Shown here: positions 9,110 through 18,920 of the stretch, piece by piece
Position numbering within the stretch: the first letter of the stretch is position 1
Layout of the letters: the number at the start of each line of letters is the position of its first letter
Assembly (NCBI GenBank): GCA_965116905.1
Contig: OZ220732.1
Span: 640,001-704,000, forward strand
Direction of reading: 5' to 3'
Length of the DNA stretch: 64,000 nt
Origin: Longimicrobiales bacterium
GTDB lineage: Bacteria > Gemmatimonadota > Gemmatimonadetes > Longimicrobiales > Gaopeijiaceae
Position numbers and translations under genes: made by a program
The notes under the pieces: model-generated
What the model was told of the DNA's origin: nothing
The model's database searches: none
What the model saw: the letters and a program-made list of their open reading frames with translations, nothing else

Positions 9110-10165
9110 ATGGAGCAGCCGTTGCTCAGCGACAGGGACTACAGGACCGTGTTCGAGGCGTCGCCGGACGCGATGCTCATCGTGGACCCCGGCGGCTTGA
9201 TCCGGGATCTGAACCCGCAGGCGCTGACGATGTTCGGATGGAGCCGCGAGGAGATGGAGGGCTCGGGGGTGGAGATGCTCGTTCCAGACGCCAGCCGCAG
9301 CCGGCACGAGCGGTATCGTCAACACTACGCTGACGAGCCGCGTCCGCGGCCGATGGGACAGGGACTGGAGCTGCAGGCCTTGCGGAAGGATGGCACAACC
9401 TTCCCCGCGGAGATCAGCCTGAGCCCCGGCGAGCTGGCATCGGGGCCGGAACACGTGATCTGCACGATCCGCGATATCTCGGCGTGGCAACGGATTCAGT
9501 GGCTGTCCCGAATCAGGGTGGCAGCGGCCGAGGATGAGCGAAGGCACCTTTCCCGCGAGTTGCACGACGAGTTCCTCCAGTTCCTCGTGGCGTTCAAGAT
9601 CAGGGGGAAGCTTTTGGCGGACGAGCCGGATCGGGAGGAGAGAGAACGCGCGTGGGCGGTGATCGCCGACGAGCTCCTCGATGCGATCCGGGGGGTCAAG
9701 CGAATGATTCGAGGGCTGAGGTCCTCGAAGCTCGAACAGCAGGGGCTTGTTTCCGCGCTCGCAAGCTTTTTTCGCGACATCCGGAAGGTGCACGGGGTCA
9801 CGATCCACGCCAGCCTCAGGCTCAAGTGGGTGGCCGACGAACTGGATCCGATGACCGTCCTGGCCCTGTACCGGATCGTTCAGGAGGCCGTAACCAACGC
9901 GGCGACGCACGCAAAGGTGAGCGAGGCCGCCGTGACGCTCACATCGGCGGACGGGATGATCATCACGGAGATCCGGGACGAGGGATGCGGGTTCGAGTTG
10001 CCCGAACCGGAAGCGTCACCGGACGATGGTCACATCGGCCTCGTCGGAATGCGTGAGAGAGCGGAGGCAGTCGGGGGCAGCCTGGTGGTGGAGAGCTCGC
10101 CGGGCAGGGGAACTACGGTTCGGGCCGCCGTCCCGATGGTGGCGCCGGATGGAGAGCCATGGTGA
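9110..10165 (+). CDS. Cytoplasmic PAS-domain sensor histidine kinase (HisKA_3/NarX type)
   Basis: PAS (FEASPDAMLIVD...RKDGTTFPAEISL), ERRHLSRELHDE, LYRIVQEAVTNAATHA, DEGCGF, GLVGMRERAE. Confidence 0.93.
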   Translation: MEQPLLSDRDYRTVFEASPDAMLIVDPGGLIRDLNPQALTMFGWSREEMEGSGVEMLVPDASRSRHERYRQHYADEPRPRPMGQGLELQALRKDGTTFPAEISLSPGELASGPEHVICTIRDISAWQRIQWLSRIRVAAAEDERRHLSRELHDEFLQFLVAFKIRGKLLADEPDREERERAWAVIADELLDAIRGVKRMIRGLRSSKLEQQGLVSALASFFRDIRKVHGVTIHASLRLKWVADELDPMTVLALYRIVQEAVTNAATHAKVSEAAVTLTSADGMIITEIRDEGCGFELPEPEASPDDGHIGLVGMRERAEAVGGSLVVESSPGRGTTVRAAVPMVAPDGEPW

Positions 10166-10812
10166 GGGTGCTGCTGGTCGACGACCACAACGTCGTGCGC
10201 GCCGGCCTGAGGGCGCTGCTCGAGTCCATGGGGCGCGTGGACATCGTGGGCGAGGCGTCGTCGGGCGAGGAGGCGGTAGACAAGGCGCGGATGCTGGAGC
10301 CGGACATCGTCATCATGGACCTGGCGATGCCCGGGATGGATGGCGTCGAGGCGACGCGCCGAATCACCGAACTCGGAATCGACACGAAGGTCCTGGTGCT
10401 GACGGTCCACGACGAGGATGAGTTCCTCGTTCCTGCCCTCGACGCCGGGGCCGAGGGGTTTCTGAACAAGTCCGTTGCGGACACCGACCTCCTGGGAGCC
10501 CTGGAAGCCCTTGCGCGCGGGCACTCCTACCTGCCCCGCCGGGCGGCCGCCCTGCTCGCGCGGCAGAAGACGCGGCCCACCCCGGGCCGCGAATCGGATC
10601 CCGAGGTGCTCTCCTCTCGCGAGCGTGTCGCAGTCGGCTTGTACGCGCAGGGTTTCTCGACCCAGGAGATGGCCAGGGAGATGGATCTCAGCCCCAAGAC
10701 CGTCGAGGGCTACATCGCGCACGCCAAGATCAGGCTCGGGGTGCGCACACGGCGCGAAATCGTGCGTTTTGCGCTTGAGGCCGGGCTTCTGCGGGCTGAA
10801 GGCAAGCAGTAA
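10159..10812 (+). CDS. NarL/LuxR-family response regulator
   Basis: VLLVDDH, DIVIMDLAMPGMDG, LSSRERV...LSPKTVEGY HTH; overlaps the kinase stop. Confidence 0.95.
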   Translation: MVRVLLVDDHNVVRAGLRALLESMGRVDIVGEASSGEEAVDKARMLEPDIVIMDLAMPGMDGVEATRRITELGIDTKVLVLTVHDEDEFLVPALDAGAEGFLNKSVADTDLLGALEALARGHSYLPRRAAALLARQKTRPTPGRESDPEVLSSRERVAVGLYAQGFSTQEMAREMDLSPKTVEGYIAHAKIRLGVRTRREIVRFALEAGLLRAEGKQ

Positions 10813-10951
10813 GGGCACTCCGCCGCTGGAGCGCCCGCCGAGCACCCTCACGGGTGGTGGTCACCGCTCGCCCGGGGCGGTAGCTTCATCCCGTCGCCAG
10901 CCCCGGACGATCATCCTGATCCCCCAGTCACCAGGACCAAGGACGCATGCA

Positions 10952-12601
10952 ATGCAGACCCGGCACCTTCTTCTCGCGCTCGCCGTGGCCGCGGGCGGAC
11001 CGATGACCGCTTTCGCCCAGCAGGACATGGGGCGCCGTTCCACGGTGTACGCGCCACGCAACGCCGCCGCGACCAGCCAGCCGCTCGCCACCGCCGCCGC
11101 CATCGAGATCATGCAGCGGGGCGGCAATGCGATCGACGGGGCGGTGGCCGCGGCGGCCGTGCTCAACGTCACCGAGCCGCACATGACGGGGATGGGTGGC
11201 GACGCCTTCTCGATCGTGTGGCTGGCCGAGACGCGCGAACTGGTCGGGATCGACGCGAGCGGCAGAAGCGGAAGCGGCATGTCGGTCGAGGCATTGCGTG
11301 CGCGGGGACACGAGCGCGTGCCGGGAAGCGGGCCCGAGGCGGTCACGGTGCCGGGCGCGGTATCCGGCTGGAACGCCCTGGTCACCCGGTACGGCAAGCT
11401 CACCCTGGCCGAGGTCCTGCAGCCGGCGATCCGGATCGCGCGCGAGGGGTTCCCCGTGACTCCGGTGATCGCGCGGCAGTGGGCGGGCGCGACCGAGAAG
11501 CTGGCCCGTGACGAGGGGGCCCGCGCGACGTACCTGGTCGACGGGGAGAGGGCGCCCCGCGCCGGGGAGTGGCACACGAATCCCGACATTGCCCGTTCGT
11601 TTCAGAGGATCGCCGACGAGGGGCCCGGCGTCCTCTACGGCGGCTCTCTGGGACGTGAGCTTGTCGACGGGCTGGCGGAACTGGGCGGATTCCTGACGCT
11701 GGAGGATCTCGCCACGCATCAGCCCCGCTGGGTCGAGCCGATCAGCACCGACTTCCGCGGCTACACCGTCTGGGAGCTCCCCCCCGCGGGACAGGGCATC
11801 GCCGCGCTCGAGATGCTGGAACTCCTCGAGCCCATGGACCTGGAGGGCATGGGGCACAACTCCGCCGACTACCTGCATCATCTCATCGAGGTGAAGAAGC
11901 TCGCCTTCGCCGACCTCCACCGGTACGTGTCGGACGCGGACCACATGGAGATCGATCCCTTGTCGCTCCTGAACCCGGGCTACATCGACGCCCGGCGCGC
12001 GCTGATCGATCCCCGCGTCGCGGCCGACCGGGTGGGCCCGGGCCGCGCGGTCACCGACTCCGAGACGATCTACCTGACCGTCGCGGACGCCGACGGCAAC
12101 ATGGTGTCGTTCATCAACTCGGTGTACTCGGGGTTCGGGTCGGGCGTCGTGATTCCGGGGACCGGATTCGCGCTGCAGAACCGGGGAGCCGGCTTCGTGA
12201 TCGACGACGGCCACCCGAACCAGGTCGCGCCGCGCAAGCGCCCCTTCCACACGATCATCCCTGGCTTCGTCACGAAGGACGGCGAGCCGCTGATGGCCTT
12301 CGGACTGATGGGCGGGTCGATGCAGCCGCAGGGACACACGCAGCTGCTGCTCAACATGCTCGTCTTCGGGATGGACCCGCAGGAGGCCGTGGACGCGGCG
12401 CGATTCCGTCACCTGTCGGGCACGCGGGTCGCCATTGAGCGGGTGAGCGACGAGGTCGCGGCGGACCTGGAGGCGCGGGGTCATGAACTCGCGGACTGGA
12501 GGCGCACCGACTTCGGGGGCGCGCAGGTGATCCTCCGGCTCGACAAGGGGTGGGCCGCGGCATCGGAGCCCCGGAAGGACGGGCATGCCGCGGGGAACTG
12601 A
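10952..12601 (+). CDS. ggt: Gamma-glutamyltransferase (secreted)
   Basis: Signal peptide, GGNAIDGAVAAA, GMGGDAF, ETIYLTVADADGN (catalytic Thr), GFGSG, PRKRPFHTIIP. Confidence 0.93.
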   Translation: MQTRHLLLALAVAAGGPMTAFAQQDMGRRSTVYAPRNAAATSQPLATAAAIEIMQRGGNAIDGAVAAAAVLNVTEPHMTGMGGDAFSIVWLAETRELVGIDASGRSGSGMSVEALRARGHERVPGSGPEAVTVPGAVSGWNALVTRYGKLTLAEVLQPAIRIAREGFPVTPVIARQWAGATEKLARDEGARATYLVDGERAPRAGEWHTNPDIARSFQRIADEGPGVLYGGSLGRELVDGLAELGGFLTLEDLATHQPRWVEPISTDFRGYTVWELPPAGQGIAALEMLELLEPMDLEGMGHNSADYLHHLIEVKKLAFADLHRYVSDADHMEIDPLSLLNPGYIDARRALIDPRVAADRVGPGRAVTDSETIYLTVADADGNMVSFINSVYSGFGSGVVIPGTGFALQNRGAGFVIDDGHPNQVAPRKRPFHTIIPGFVTKDGEPLMAFGLMGGSMQPQGHTQLLLNMLVFGMDPQEAVDAARFRHLSGTRVAIERVSDEVAADLEARGHELADWRRTDFGGAQVILRLDKGWAAASEPRKDGHAAGN

Positions 12602-13478
12602 CGGGGACGGGCCATTGGACGACGACGGGTCGCCCATGCGGGGCGCGCCCGCGCCCTACGACATCCCCGAAGAGCGTCTGCCGGCGGGCTTCATCGAGAC
12701 GCTCGACAATGTGCCCGCCAGCCCCGCGGTGCCGCATCCATCGGCGACGGTGGTGCTCATGCGGGAGGGCCGCGCCGGGCCCGAGGTGCTGCTGCTGCGC
12801 CGCAATCGCGCGACGGGGTTCGTGCCCGGCGCGTACGTGTTCCCGGGCGGGCGGGTGGACGCCGCCGACGGCGAGGACGCGCTGGCCGAGCGCTGGGACG
12901 GGCTGACGCGCGAGGGGGCGGCGGGGCGGCTGGGCATCGCGCCGGACGCGGATCCTCCGGCGATTGCGTACTACGGGGCCGCGCTGCGGGAAGCGATCGA
13001 GGAGACGGGACTCTTGCCCGGAGTGGTCGCCGCGACAGGGCCGCCGGGTGGGGAGGTCGTGCGCGAGGCGAGGGAAGCCCTCCTGGGGGGCGGAGCCTCC
13101 TTCGCGGCCGTGCTACGAAAGCTCGGTGCGCGCCTGGATGGTGGCGCGGTCGAGTACATCGCCCATTGGGTCACCCCCACCGTGGAACCCCGCCGCTACG
13201 ACACCCGCTTCTTTGCGGCCAGGGTCCCCGCCGGGTCGAAGGCCGTCTACGACGAGCGCGAAATGACCGATGCGGTGTGGCTCACGCCCGGCGCGGCGCT
13301 GGACCGCCACAGGCGCGGCGGCCTGCCCATGATCTTTCCGACGATCCGGACGCTTGAGGACCTCTGCGACTTCGCGACCGTCGAGGAGCTGCTGGCGCAC
13401 TACCGGGCGCGCGCGATCGAGCGGGTGCAGCCGACGATCGTGCGGACGGCTACCGGGGTGAGGCTGCGGGTGCCATAG
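12585..13478 (+). CDS. NUDIX hydrolase (Nudt19-like); start may be ATG 12637
   Basis: SATVVLMR, YVFPGGRVD, ALREAIEETG, HWVTP...RRYDTRFF. Confidence 0.85.
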   Translation: MPRGTDGDGPLDDDGSPMRGAPAPYDIPEERLPAGFIETLDNVPASPAVPHPSATVVLMREGRAGPEVLLLRRNRATGFVPGAYVFPGGRVDAADGEDALAERWDGLTREGAAGRLGIAPDADPPAIAYYGAALREAIEETGLLPGVVAATGPPGGEVVREAREALLGGGASFAAVLRKLGARLDGGAVEYIAHWVTPTVEPRRYDTRFFAARVPAGSKAVYDEREMTDAVWLTPGAALDRHRRGGLPMIFPTIRTLEDLCDFATVEELLAHYRARAIERVQPTIVRTATGVRLRVP

Positions 13479-14712
13479 CCTCCAGCACCGCGTGCACCAC
13501 GTCGGTGAACGCGCCGCCGCGAATCCAGCGGCACACGATCACGAGTTCGTTCTCGGGGTCCACGTAGATCAGGTTCGAGCCGGCGCCCGTGTGCGTCCAC
13601 GTGTACTCGGGGGCGTTGGGATAGCGGCGCTGATCGGTGTTCAGCGAGAAGTTCATGAAGCCGTAGCTGCGGTTGACCTGACCCGGAGTCGTGGCCATGT
13701 CGAACCAGTCCTCCGACAGCAGCTGCTTCCCGTCCCAGTTGCCCTTGTGCATGGTGAAGAGGCCGAAGCGGGCCTGGTCGTAGGCGCTGAGGATCATGCC
13801 GCCGCCCCAGTGCGCGCCGCCGCTGACCGCCTGGACCTCGCGGCCGTCGAGGATGACCCACGAGTTGTCGTAGCCGTGCCATCCCCAGGTGGACGAGGCG
13901 CCGATCGGGTCCATGACGTGCTCGCGCAGGACTTCGGGCAGCGGGCGCCGCCACACTGCGGTGGCGGCGAGCGCCAGCAGGTTGACCCGCGTGTCGTTGT
14001 ACTCGTAGGCGGTTCCGGGCTCGTTGCGCGGGCGCGTGCCCCAGGTTGAGCGGTCCTGGTCGGGGCGGTCGGCCCACTCGGGCTTGCCCCAGAGCGTCCC
14101 CTCCCAGTCGCTCGTCTGCCTGAGCAGGTGGTCCCAGGTGATCTTGCGGTTGTGCTCGGACTCGAAGAGCAGCTTCGGGCGGCGGCCGTTCTCGTCGCCG
14201 GGCTCCCCGTCGCCGGTGTCGAGGATAATCGGGGGGATGTAGTCGCGGACGTTGTCGTCAACGTCGTGGATGAGCCCGCGGTCCCAGGCCAGCCCGACGG
14301 TGGACGAAAGGAAGCTCTTCGAGACGCTGAAGGTGTTGTCGGCCTTGGCGGGATCGCCCCACTCGGCGATGATGTATCCCCTGTGCACGATCACGCCGGA
14401 TTGGGGACCGCGGACCGTGAACGGGCCGACGGCGTCGCCCAGGGGCTCGCGGCCGAAGGTGCCGAGGTGGTTGAAGGCGAGGTCGCGGGGGCTCTGGGAC
14501 TCGCCGGCGATGGCGATCCCGATCGCGCGCTGGATCCCGGCGGCGTCGAAGCCGGCCTGCTCGGGGGTGCGCCGCTCCCAGTCCGGATGGCGGCCGGGGA
14601 AGTAGGTCTGCGCGGAGGCCGCCTGCGCGACGACCGACTGCGCCGTGAGCAGGAGCGCGAGGAACGGGAGGATGGTGCGGGGTGCGGTCGCGGCGCGTGC
14701 GCGGCTGGGCAT
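13450..14712 (-). CDS. Secreted serine hydrolase, beta-lactamase/AmpC-like family
   Basis: Signal peptide; SxxK (SVSKS), HLLRQTS, YxN-like YEYND, HWGGG, HTGAG; GGAG RBS before ATG 14712. Confidence 0.88.
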   Translation of the reverse strand: MPSRARAATAPRTILPFLALLLTAQSVVAQAASAQTYFPGRHPDWERRTPEQAGFDAAGIQRAIGIAIAGESQSPRDLAFNHLGTFGREPLGDAVGPFTVRGPQSGVIVHRGYIIAEWGDPAKADNTFSVSKSFLSSTVGLAWDRGLIHDVDDNVRDYIPPIILDTGDGEPGDENGRRPKLLFESEHNRKITWDHLLRQTSDWEGTLWGKPEWADRPDQDRSTWGTRPRNEPGTAYEYNDTRVNLLALAATAVWRRPLPEVLREHVMDPIGASSTWGWHGYDNSWVILDGREVQAVSGGAHWGGGMILSAYDQARFGLFTMHKGNWDGKQLLSEDWFDMATTPGQVNRSYGFMNFSLNTDQRRYPNAPEYTWTHTGAGSNLIYVDPENELVIVCRWIRGGAFTDVVHAVLEAMAPAASPR

Positions 14713-14747
14713 GATGGGTTCTCCGGTGGTGTGCTGGATTCGCGTGA

Positions 14748-15485
14748 TCATCCTTCCGGCAGGGCGTCCAGCCCGTCCAGAACATCGAGGTGGACGTACT
14801 CGTCGGCGGCAGTCAGAACCGGCAGGGTAAGCGCCTTCTCCAGCATCACCCTCGCCCGCTGCAGGCCGCTTTCCTCGTCGAGCCGGGGCAGCCTGATGCC
14901 GTAAGCGTGAAGCACGACCTTGGAATCGGGTTCCAGCTCGAGCGCGCGCTCGAAGAGCATGATGGCTTCGTCCTTGTTGCCCCCGTACATCATCCGGGCG
15001 ATGCGCCCTTCCGCGTGGATGTCGGCGTGCCAACCGGCCAGGGCCAGGATGGCGTCCGTGTAGTCGGGTTCGATGGCCAGCGTCGCGTCGAGCAGGTCGC
15101 GGATCCTGCCCGCGAGCCCCTGGCGCAACGCCGTGAATGCACCGACACGCTGGGCATACCGGCCGACGGCGTGGGCGGATTGGTAATGGGCATCGGGGTT
15201 CTGCGGATCGGCGGCCACGGCCATCTCGCCCATCCGCATCGCGCGCTCGACAACCTCGCTGAACTCCTCTTCGGACGCCTCGTAGTGGGCGTACATCGCA
15301 AGAGATTTTGTAGCTACGACGTAGCCGGCGGAGGTTCCCAGCGCTTCGCCGATGTCCGCGGCTTCGACAAAGCGGCCGTCCGCATAGGCCGCATTGGCGT
15401 CATCGAGCGATTGCGCGTTTGCGTGGCCGGCGAGCAGCGCCATGCCGGCCGCCGTGGCAAGTCGCGCGGTGCGGGCAGGGGTCAT
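14748..15485 (-). CDS. Secreted TPR-like alpha-helical protein
   Basis: Signal peptide ending ANA-Q; TPR-like AVAADPQNPDAHY and ALELEPDS. Confidence 0.7.
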   Translation of the reverse strand: MTPARTARLATAAGMALLAGHANAQSLDDANAAYADGRFVEAADIGEALGTSAGYVVATKSLAMYAHYEASEEEFSEVVERAMRMGEMAVAADPQNPDAHYQSAHAVGRYAQRVGAFTALRQGLAGRIRDLLDATLAIEPDYTDAILALAGWHADIHAEGRIARMMYGGNKDEAIMLFERALELEPDSKVVLHAYGIRLPRLDEESGLQRARVMLEKALTLPVLTAADEYVHLDVLDGLDALPEG

Positions 15486-15584
15486 CTTGATCTCCTCGAT
15501 TCAGGGTGCCCGGTCGGCCAGCGCCCCGTTCAGGGGAACTGCACGAAGTTGGCCAGCGGGCCGTCCGCGACGCAAGTTGTCGGC

Positions 15585-17276
15585 ATGAACCGGAACCCGA
15601 CACCGTTTTGCGCCGTCATCGTCCTGTCCGCCGCGATGATCGCCGCGCTGACCGCAGCGTGCGCCGGCGGCGACGATTCGGCCCGCAGGGCAGGCACGCC
15701 CGAGCTGCGCGGCGCCCTGTTCGACACGATCATCGCGCGCACCGAGCGGCGCGAGGCCTTCTCCCCGCTCAAGAACGAGCGCCTGGGGCTCGATCCTCTC
15801 GCCGCGATGATGGCGCTCCGCAACGAGGTCGTCAGCGCGGGGACGGACGACGAGCTCTACTACGCGCTGGCCCGGGTGAGTCATGCCCGCCGCGATCGCC
15901 ACCTCGACGTGATCCTCGTGCCGGGCGGACTGGCACCCTCCGACAGCGCGGGCCTGGAGGTCGCGGAGGGCCTCGATCCCGACCCGCCCGCACGGGCACC
16001 GGTGAGAGTGTTCCCCGACTTCTCCGATGGTGCCGATGGTGCCGGGGGCGCCGCCTATTTCGTGGGCGACATCGCGGCGTTCGTCGCCGACTCCGGGGCG
16101 GAGGACGAGGACCAGGACGAGGACGAGGACGAGCCCGAGCTGCCGTCGATCGGGGACAGGATCGTGAGCGTCAACGGGATGCCCGTCGCTGCGTGGCACG
16201 ACTCGGCCGCGGCGTTCATCCAGCATTCCACTCGGGCCGGGCTCCGGTGGAAGCTGGCCGAAGCCATGACCCTCGCGACCGCCGCCTTCCCGCCCCACCT
16301 CCGCGGCGACCACCTCACCCTTGGCGTCCGCTCGGCCACGGGCGACGAGGCCACGCACCAACTCCCCTTCCTGCCCCCCGGCGACCTCTTCTGGCACGGC
16401 ACCGGCGAGCCGAGCTACCCCGGGCTGGCCCTCGCGCTGACCACCGACACCTACGACCTCCTCGTCCCGGAGGACGGCCGCCCGTTCCTCGTCCTCGTCT
16501 GGCGAGGCTTCCGCGAATCGATGGTCGCCGACGTCGACGGCCTGATCACGTACGCCCAGTCGCGCGGCCTCCTCGATCACGCGCTCGTCATGGACGTCAC
16601 GCGCAGCCGCGGCGGTTCCCTCGGCGCGTACGCCATGCAGCGCCTGCAGTCCCGTCCCTTCACGACCACCTTCGGCAACCTGCGCATCAGCGACGTCACG
16701 CTCCCCTTCGTCGAGGACAAGCGGCGCGACTTTGCCGCCCGCGACATCAACGACGGTGGCGTGCCCGAGACGATCGACGATGGCACATGGCTGATGGAGT
16801 GGTTGGAGGACGACGTTCTCGGCGCGCTCGAGCGGGGCGACGCATACTCGAACAACGTCCCCTTCAAGCTTGCGCACGCTCCGCGTGACTCGGACGGAGT
16901 CCTGGAACCGGCGGACGTGCATTTCCGTGGCGCGTTCGGCGTCATTTCCGGACCGCACGGCGGCTCCCACCTCGACCAGTTCGTCTCGATCGTGGTCGAC
17001 AACGGCCTGGGACCCGTGGTCGGGATGCCGCCCGGGGGCTATTCCAACACCTGGGAATGGGACGAGGTGCTGACCTTCCCGGGGACCGGCCAGCCGGTGG
17101 TCGAGTTCATGTGGAACATCGGCCACACGATCCGGCCGAACGGCGAGATTGCCGAGGGCAACCCGGCCAGCGTGGACGAATGGATGCCCCTCACGCCGGA
17201 AAACGTGACGACGTACTACGGGGACATGCTGGAGCGGGTGCTGGAACTGATGCTCAGCCCGGGCGGTCGCGAGTGA
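15585..17276 (+). CDS. Lipoprotein, divergent S41/tail-specific peptidase-like
   Basis: Lipobox LTAAC; PDZ-like IGDRIVSVNG; MDVTRSRGG resembles DLRxNxGG; GSHLDQF resembles the SAxE site. Confidence 0.55.
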   Translation: MNRNPTPFCAVIVLSAAMIAALTAACAGGDDSARRAGTPELRGALFDTIIARTERREAFSPLKNERLGLDPLAAMMALRNEVVSAGTDDELYYALARVSHARRDRHLDVILVPGGLAPSDSAGLEVAEGLDPDPPARAPVRVFPDFSDGADGAGGAAYFVGDIAAFVADSGAEDEDQDEDEDEPELPSIGDRIVSVNGMPVAAWHDSAAAFIQHSTRAGLRWKLAEAMTLATAAFPPHLRGDHLTLGVRSATGDEATHQLPFLPPGDLFWHGTGEPSYPGLALALTTDTYDLLVPEDGRPFLVLVWRGFRESMVADVDGLITYAQSRGLLDHALVMDVTRSRGGSLGAYAMQRLQSRPFTTTFGNLRISDVTLPFVEDKRRDFAARDINDGGVPETIDDGTWLMEWLEDDVLGALERGDAYSNNVPFKLAHAPRDSDGVLEPADVHFRGAFGVISGPHGGSHLDQFVSIVVDNGLGPVVGMPPGGYSNTWEWDEVLTFPGTGQPVVEFMWNIGHTIRPNGEIAEGNPASVDEWMPLTPENVTTYYGDMLERVLELMLSPGGRE

Positions 17277-17568
17277 GGGTGCGCTCCAGTCGGCGGTTGT
17301 ACTCCCGGACCATGCCCGGAATGAGGAACGCATCCGCGATCAACCACAGCAACCCGCATGCGATAAGGAACGTGCCCATGCCGGATCCGGCCTCGTCCCC
17401 AAGCACCAGGAACAGCCCGGTCCCGAGCAGCACAGGCTGGGCCAGCCCGCTGAACTTGTCGAGAAACAGCCGATGGACACCCAGGGGTGATAGCAGAATC
17501 CAGAGGAAGTAGACGTCGGCGGGTGATTTGCTCCTGGCCGTATAGCGAGCCCGCGCAAGCTTGTCCAT
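17254..17568 (-). CDS. TM2/NINE-domain small membrane protein
   Basis: KSPADVYFLWILLSPLGVHRLFL...WLIADAFLIPGMVREYN; GGAG RBS. Confidence 0.8.
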   Translation of the reverse strand: MDKLARARYTARSKSPADVYFLWILLSPLGVHRLFLDKFSGLAQPVLLGTGLFLVLGDEAGSGMGTFLIACGLLWLIADAFLIPGMVREYNRRLERTLTRDRPG

Positions 17569-17668
17569 TCGCATCGCTCCTTTCCGCCGGACACGCCGCC
17601 GGATGTGCGCCGACTCGCCCGGCCCGGGAAACGCCGCAATGGTATCTGTCCCGGGAGTGGCCTGCAAC

Positions 17669-18901
17669 ATGACCGGGCCCGCCGAGGTACCGGTGAAGCA
17701 AGCGTCCGGCCGCGGCCCCCGCCGCGGCCACGGGGCCCGCATCCTGGCCGGGATGCTCGCCGGTGCGGTCGTGGGCGCGATTCTGGGCGCGCGCGCGGTC
17801 GCGCTGCAGCCCATCGGCGACCTCTTCATCAACCTCCTGATCCTCGCCGCCGTCCCACTCGTCTTCTTCAACCTGCTCGCAGGCCTCACCGCCCTCGCCG
17901 ACACGCGCGCGCTGGGACGTCTCGCCGGTAAGACGCTCGGCTACTACCTGACCACGGACGTGATCGCGCTGGCGCTGGGGCTGGGCGCGGCCGCGCTCCT
18001 GCGGCCGGGCGACGGGATGCAGCTCACCGAGACGGTCGCGGGGCCGGTGGGCGAGGTGCCCTCGGTCGCGTCCATCCTGCTCGGGATGATCCCCACGAAC
18101 GTCTTTCGCGCGTTCAGCGACGGCAACGTGGTCCAGATCGTGGTCCTGGCGCTGCTTGTGGGCGTCGCGACCATAGCCCTGCGGGACGGCCCCCGCGCCC
18201 GCCTCGCGACCGCATACGACGACCTCGCCACCCTCTTCCGGCGCCTGGTGCACCTGATCCTGTGGACCGCTCCGGTCGGGATCGGCGCGCTCATCGTGGT
18301 CACGGTCGGGCGGTACGGCGCCGAGCTGATCGGCCCGATGGCGCGGTTTCTCGCGGGCGTGTGGCTCGCGCAGCTAGTGATCGTGGCCGGGTACATGACG
18401 CTGCTGCGACTGTTCAGCGACTATCGCCCGGGCCGCTTCCTGCAGAGCACCGGGTCCCTGTGGGCGACCACCGCGGCCACGACATCGAGCCTGGCATCGC
18501 TCTCGGTGGGGATGGAGACGGCACGGAGGCTTGGCCTTCCCCGCCGCGTGTTCGCCTTCACCCTCCCCCTCGGGGCCCAACTGAACAAGGACGGGACGTC
18601 GGCCATGCTGGGCGCGGTCCTCATCTTCACCGCGCAGGCGGCGGGCGTCACCTTCACGGCGGCCGATTTCCTGACGATCCTCCTGCTGGGACTGCTCCTG
18701 TCCGAGGCGTCGGGCGGGATTCCCGGCGGCGGGTTCGTGATCGCGCTCATCTATGTGCAGGCGTTCAACCTGCCCATCGAGGTGGCGGCGATCGTGGGCG
18801 GGATCTACCGGTTCGTCGACATCGGCAACACGACCGTGAACATCATGGGCGACATGGTCGGCACGTCGCTGGTCGCCCGTTCGGAGGCAAGACGCGAATG
18901 A
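17669..18901 (+). CDS. Dicarboxylate/amino acid:cation symporter (DAACS)
   Basis: IPTNVF, TTSSLASL, LPLGAQLNKDGT, GIPGGG, RFVDIGNTTVNIMGD. Confidence 0.92.
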   Translation: MTGPAEVPVKQASGRGPRRGHGARILAGMLAGAVVGAILGARAVALQPIGDLFINLLILAAVPLVFFNLLAGLTALADTRALGRLAGKTLGYYLTTDVIALALGLGAAALLRPGDGMQLTETVAGPVGEVPSVASILLGMIPTNVFRAFSDGNVVQIVVLALLVGVATIALRDGPRARLATAYDDLATLFRRLVHLILWTAPVGIGALIVVTVGRYGAELIGPMARFLAGVWLAQLVIVAGYMTLLRLFSDYRPGRFLQSTGSLWATTAATTSSLASLSVGMETARRLGLPRRVFAFTLPLGAQLNKDGTSAMLGAVLIFTAQAAGVTFTAADFLTILLLGLLLSEASGGIPGGGFVIALIYVQAFNLPIEVAAIVGGIYRFVDIGNTTVNIMGDMVGTSLVARSEARRE

Positions 18902-18920
18902 ACCGTCGGGCAGGTGCGAC

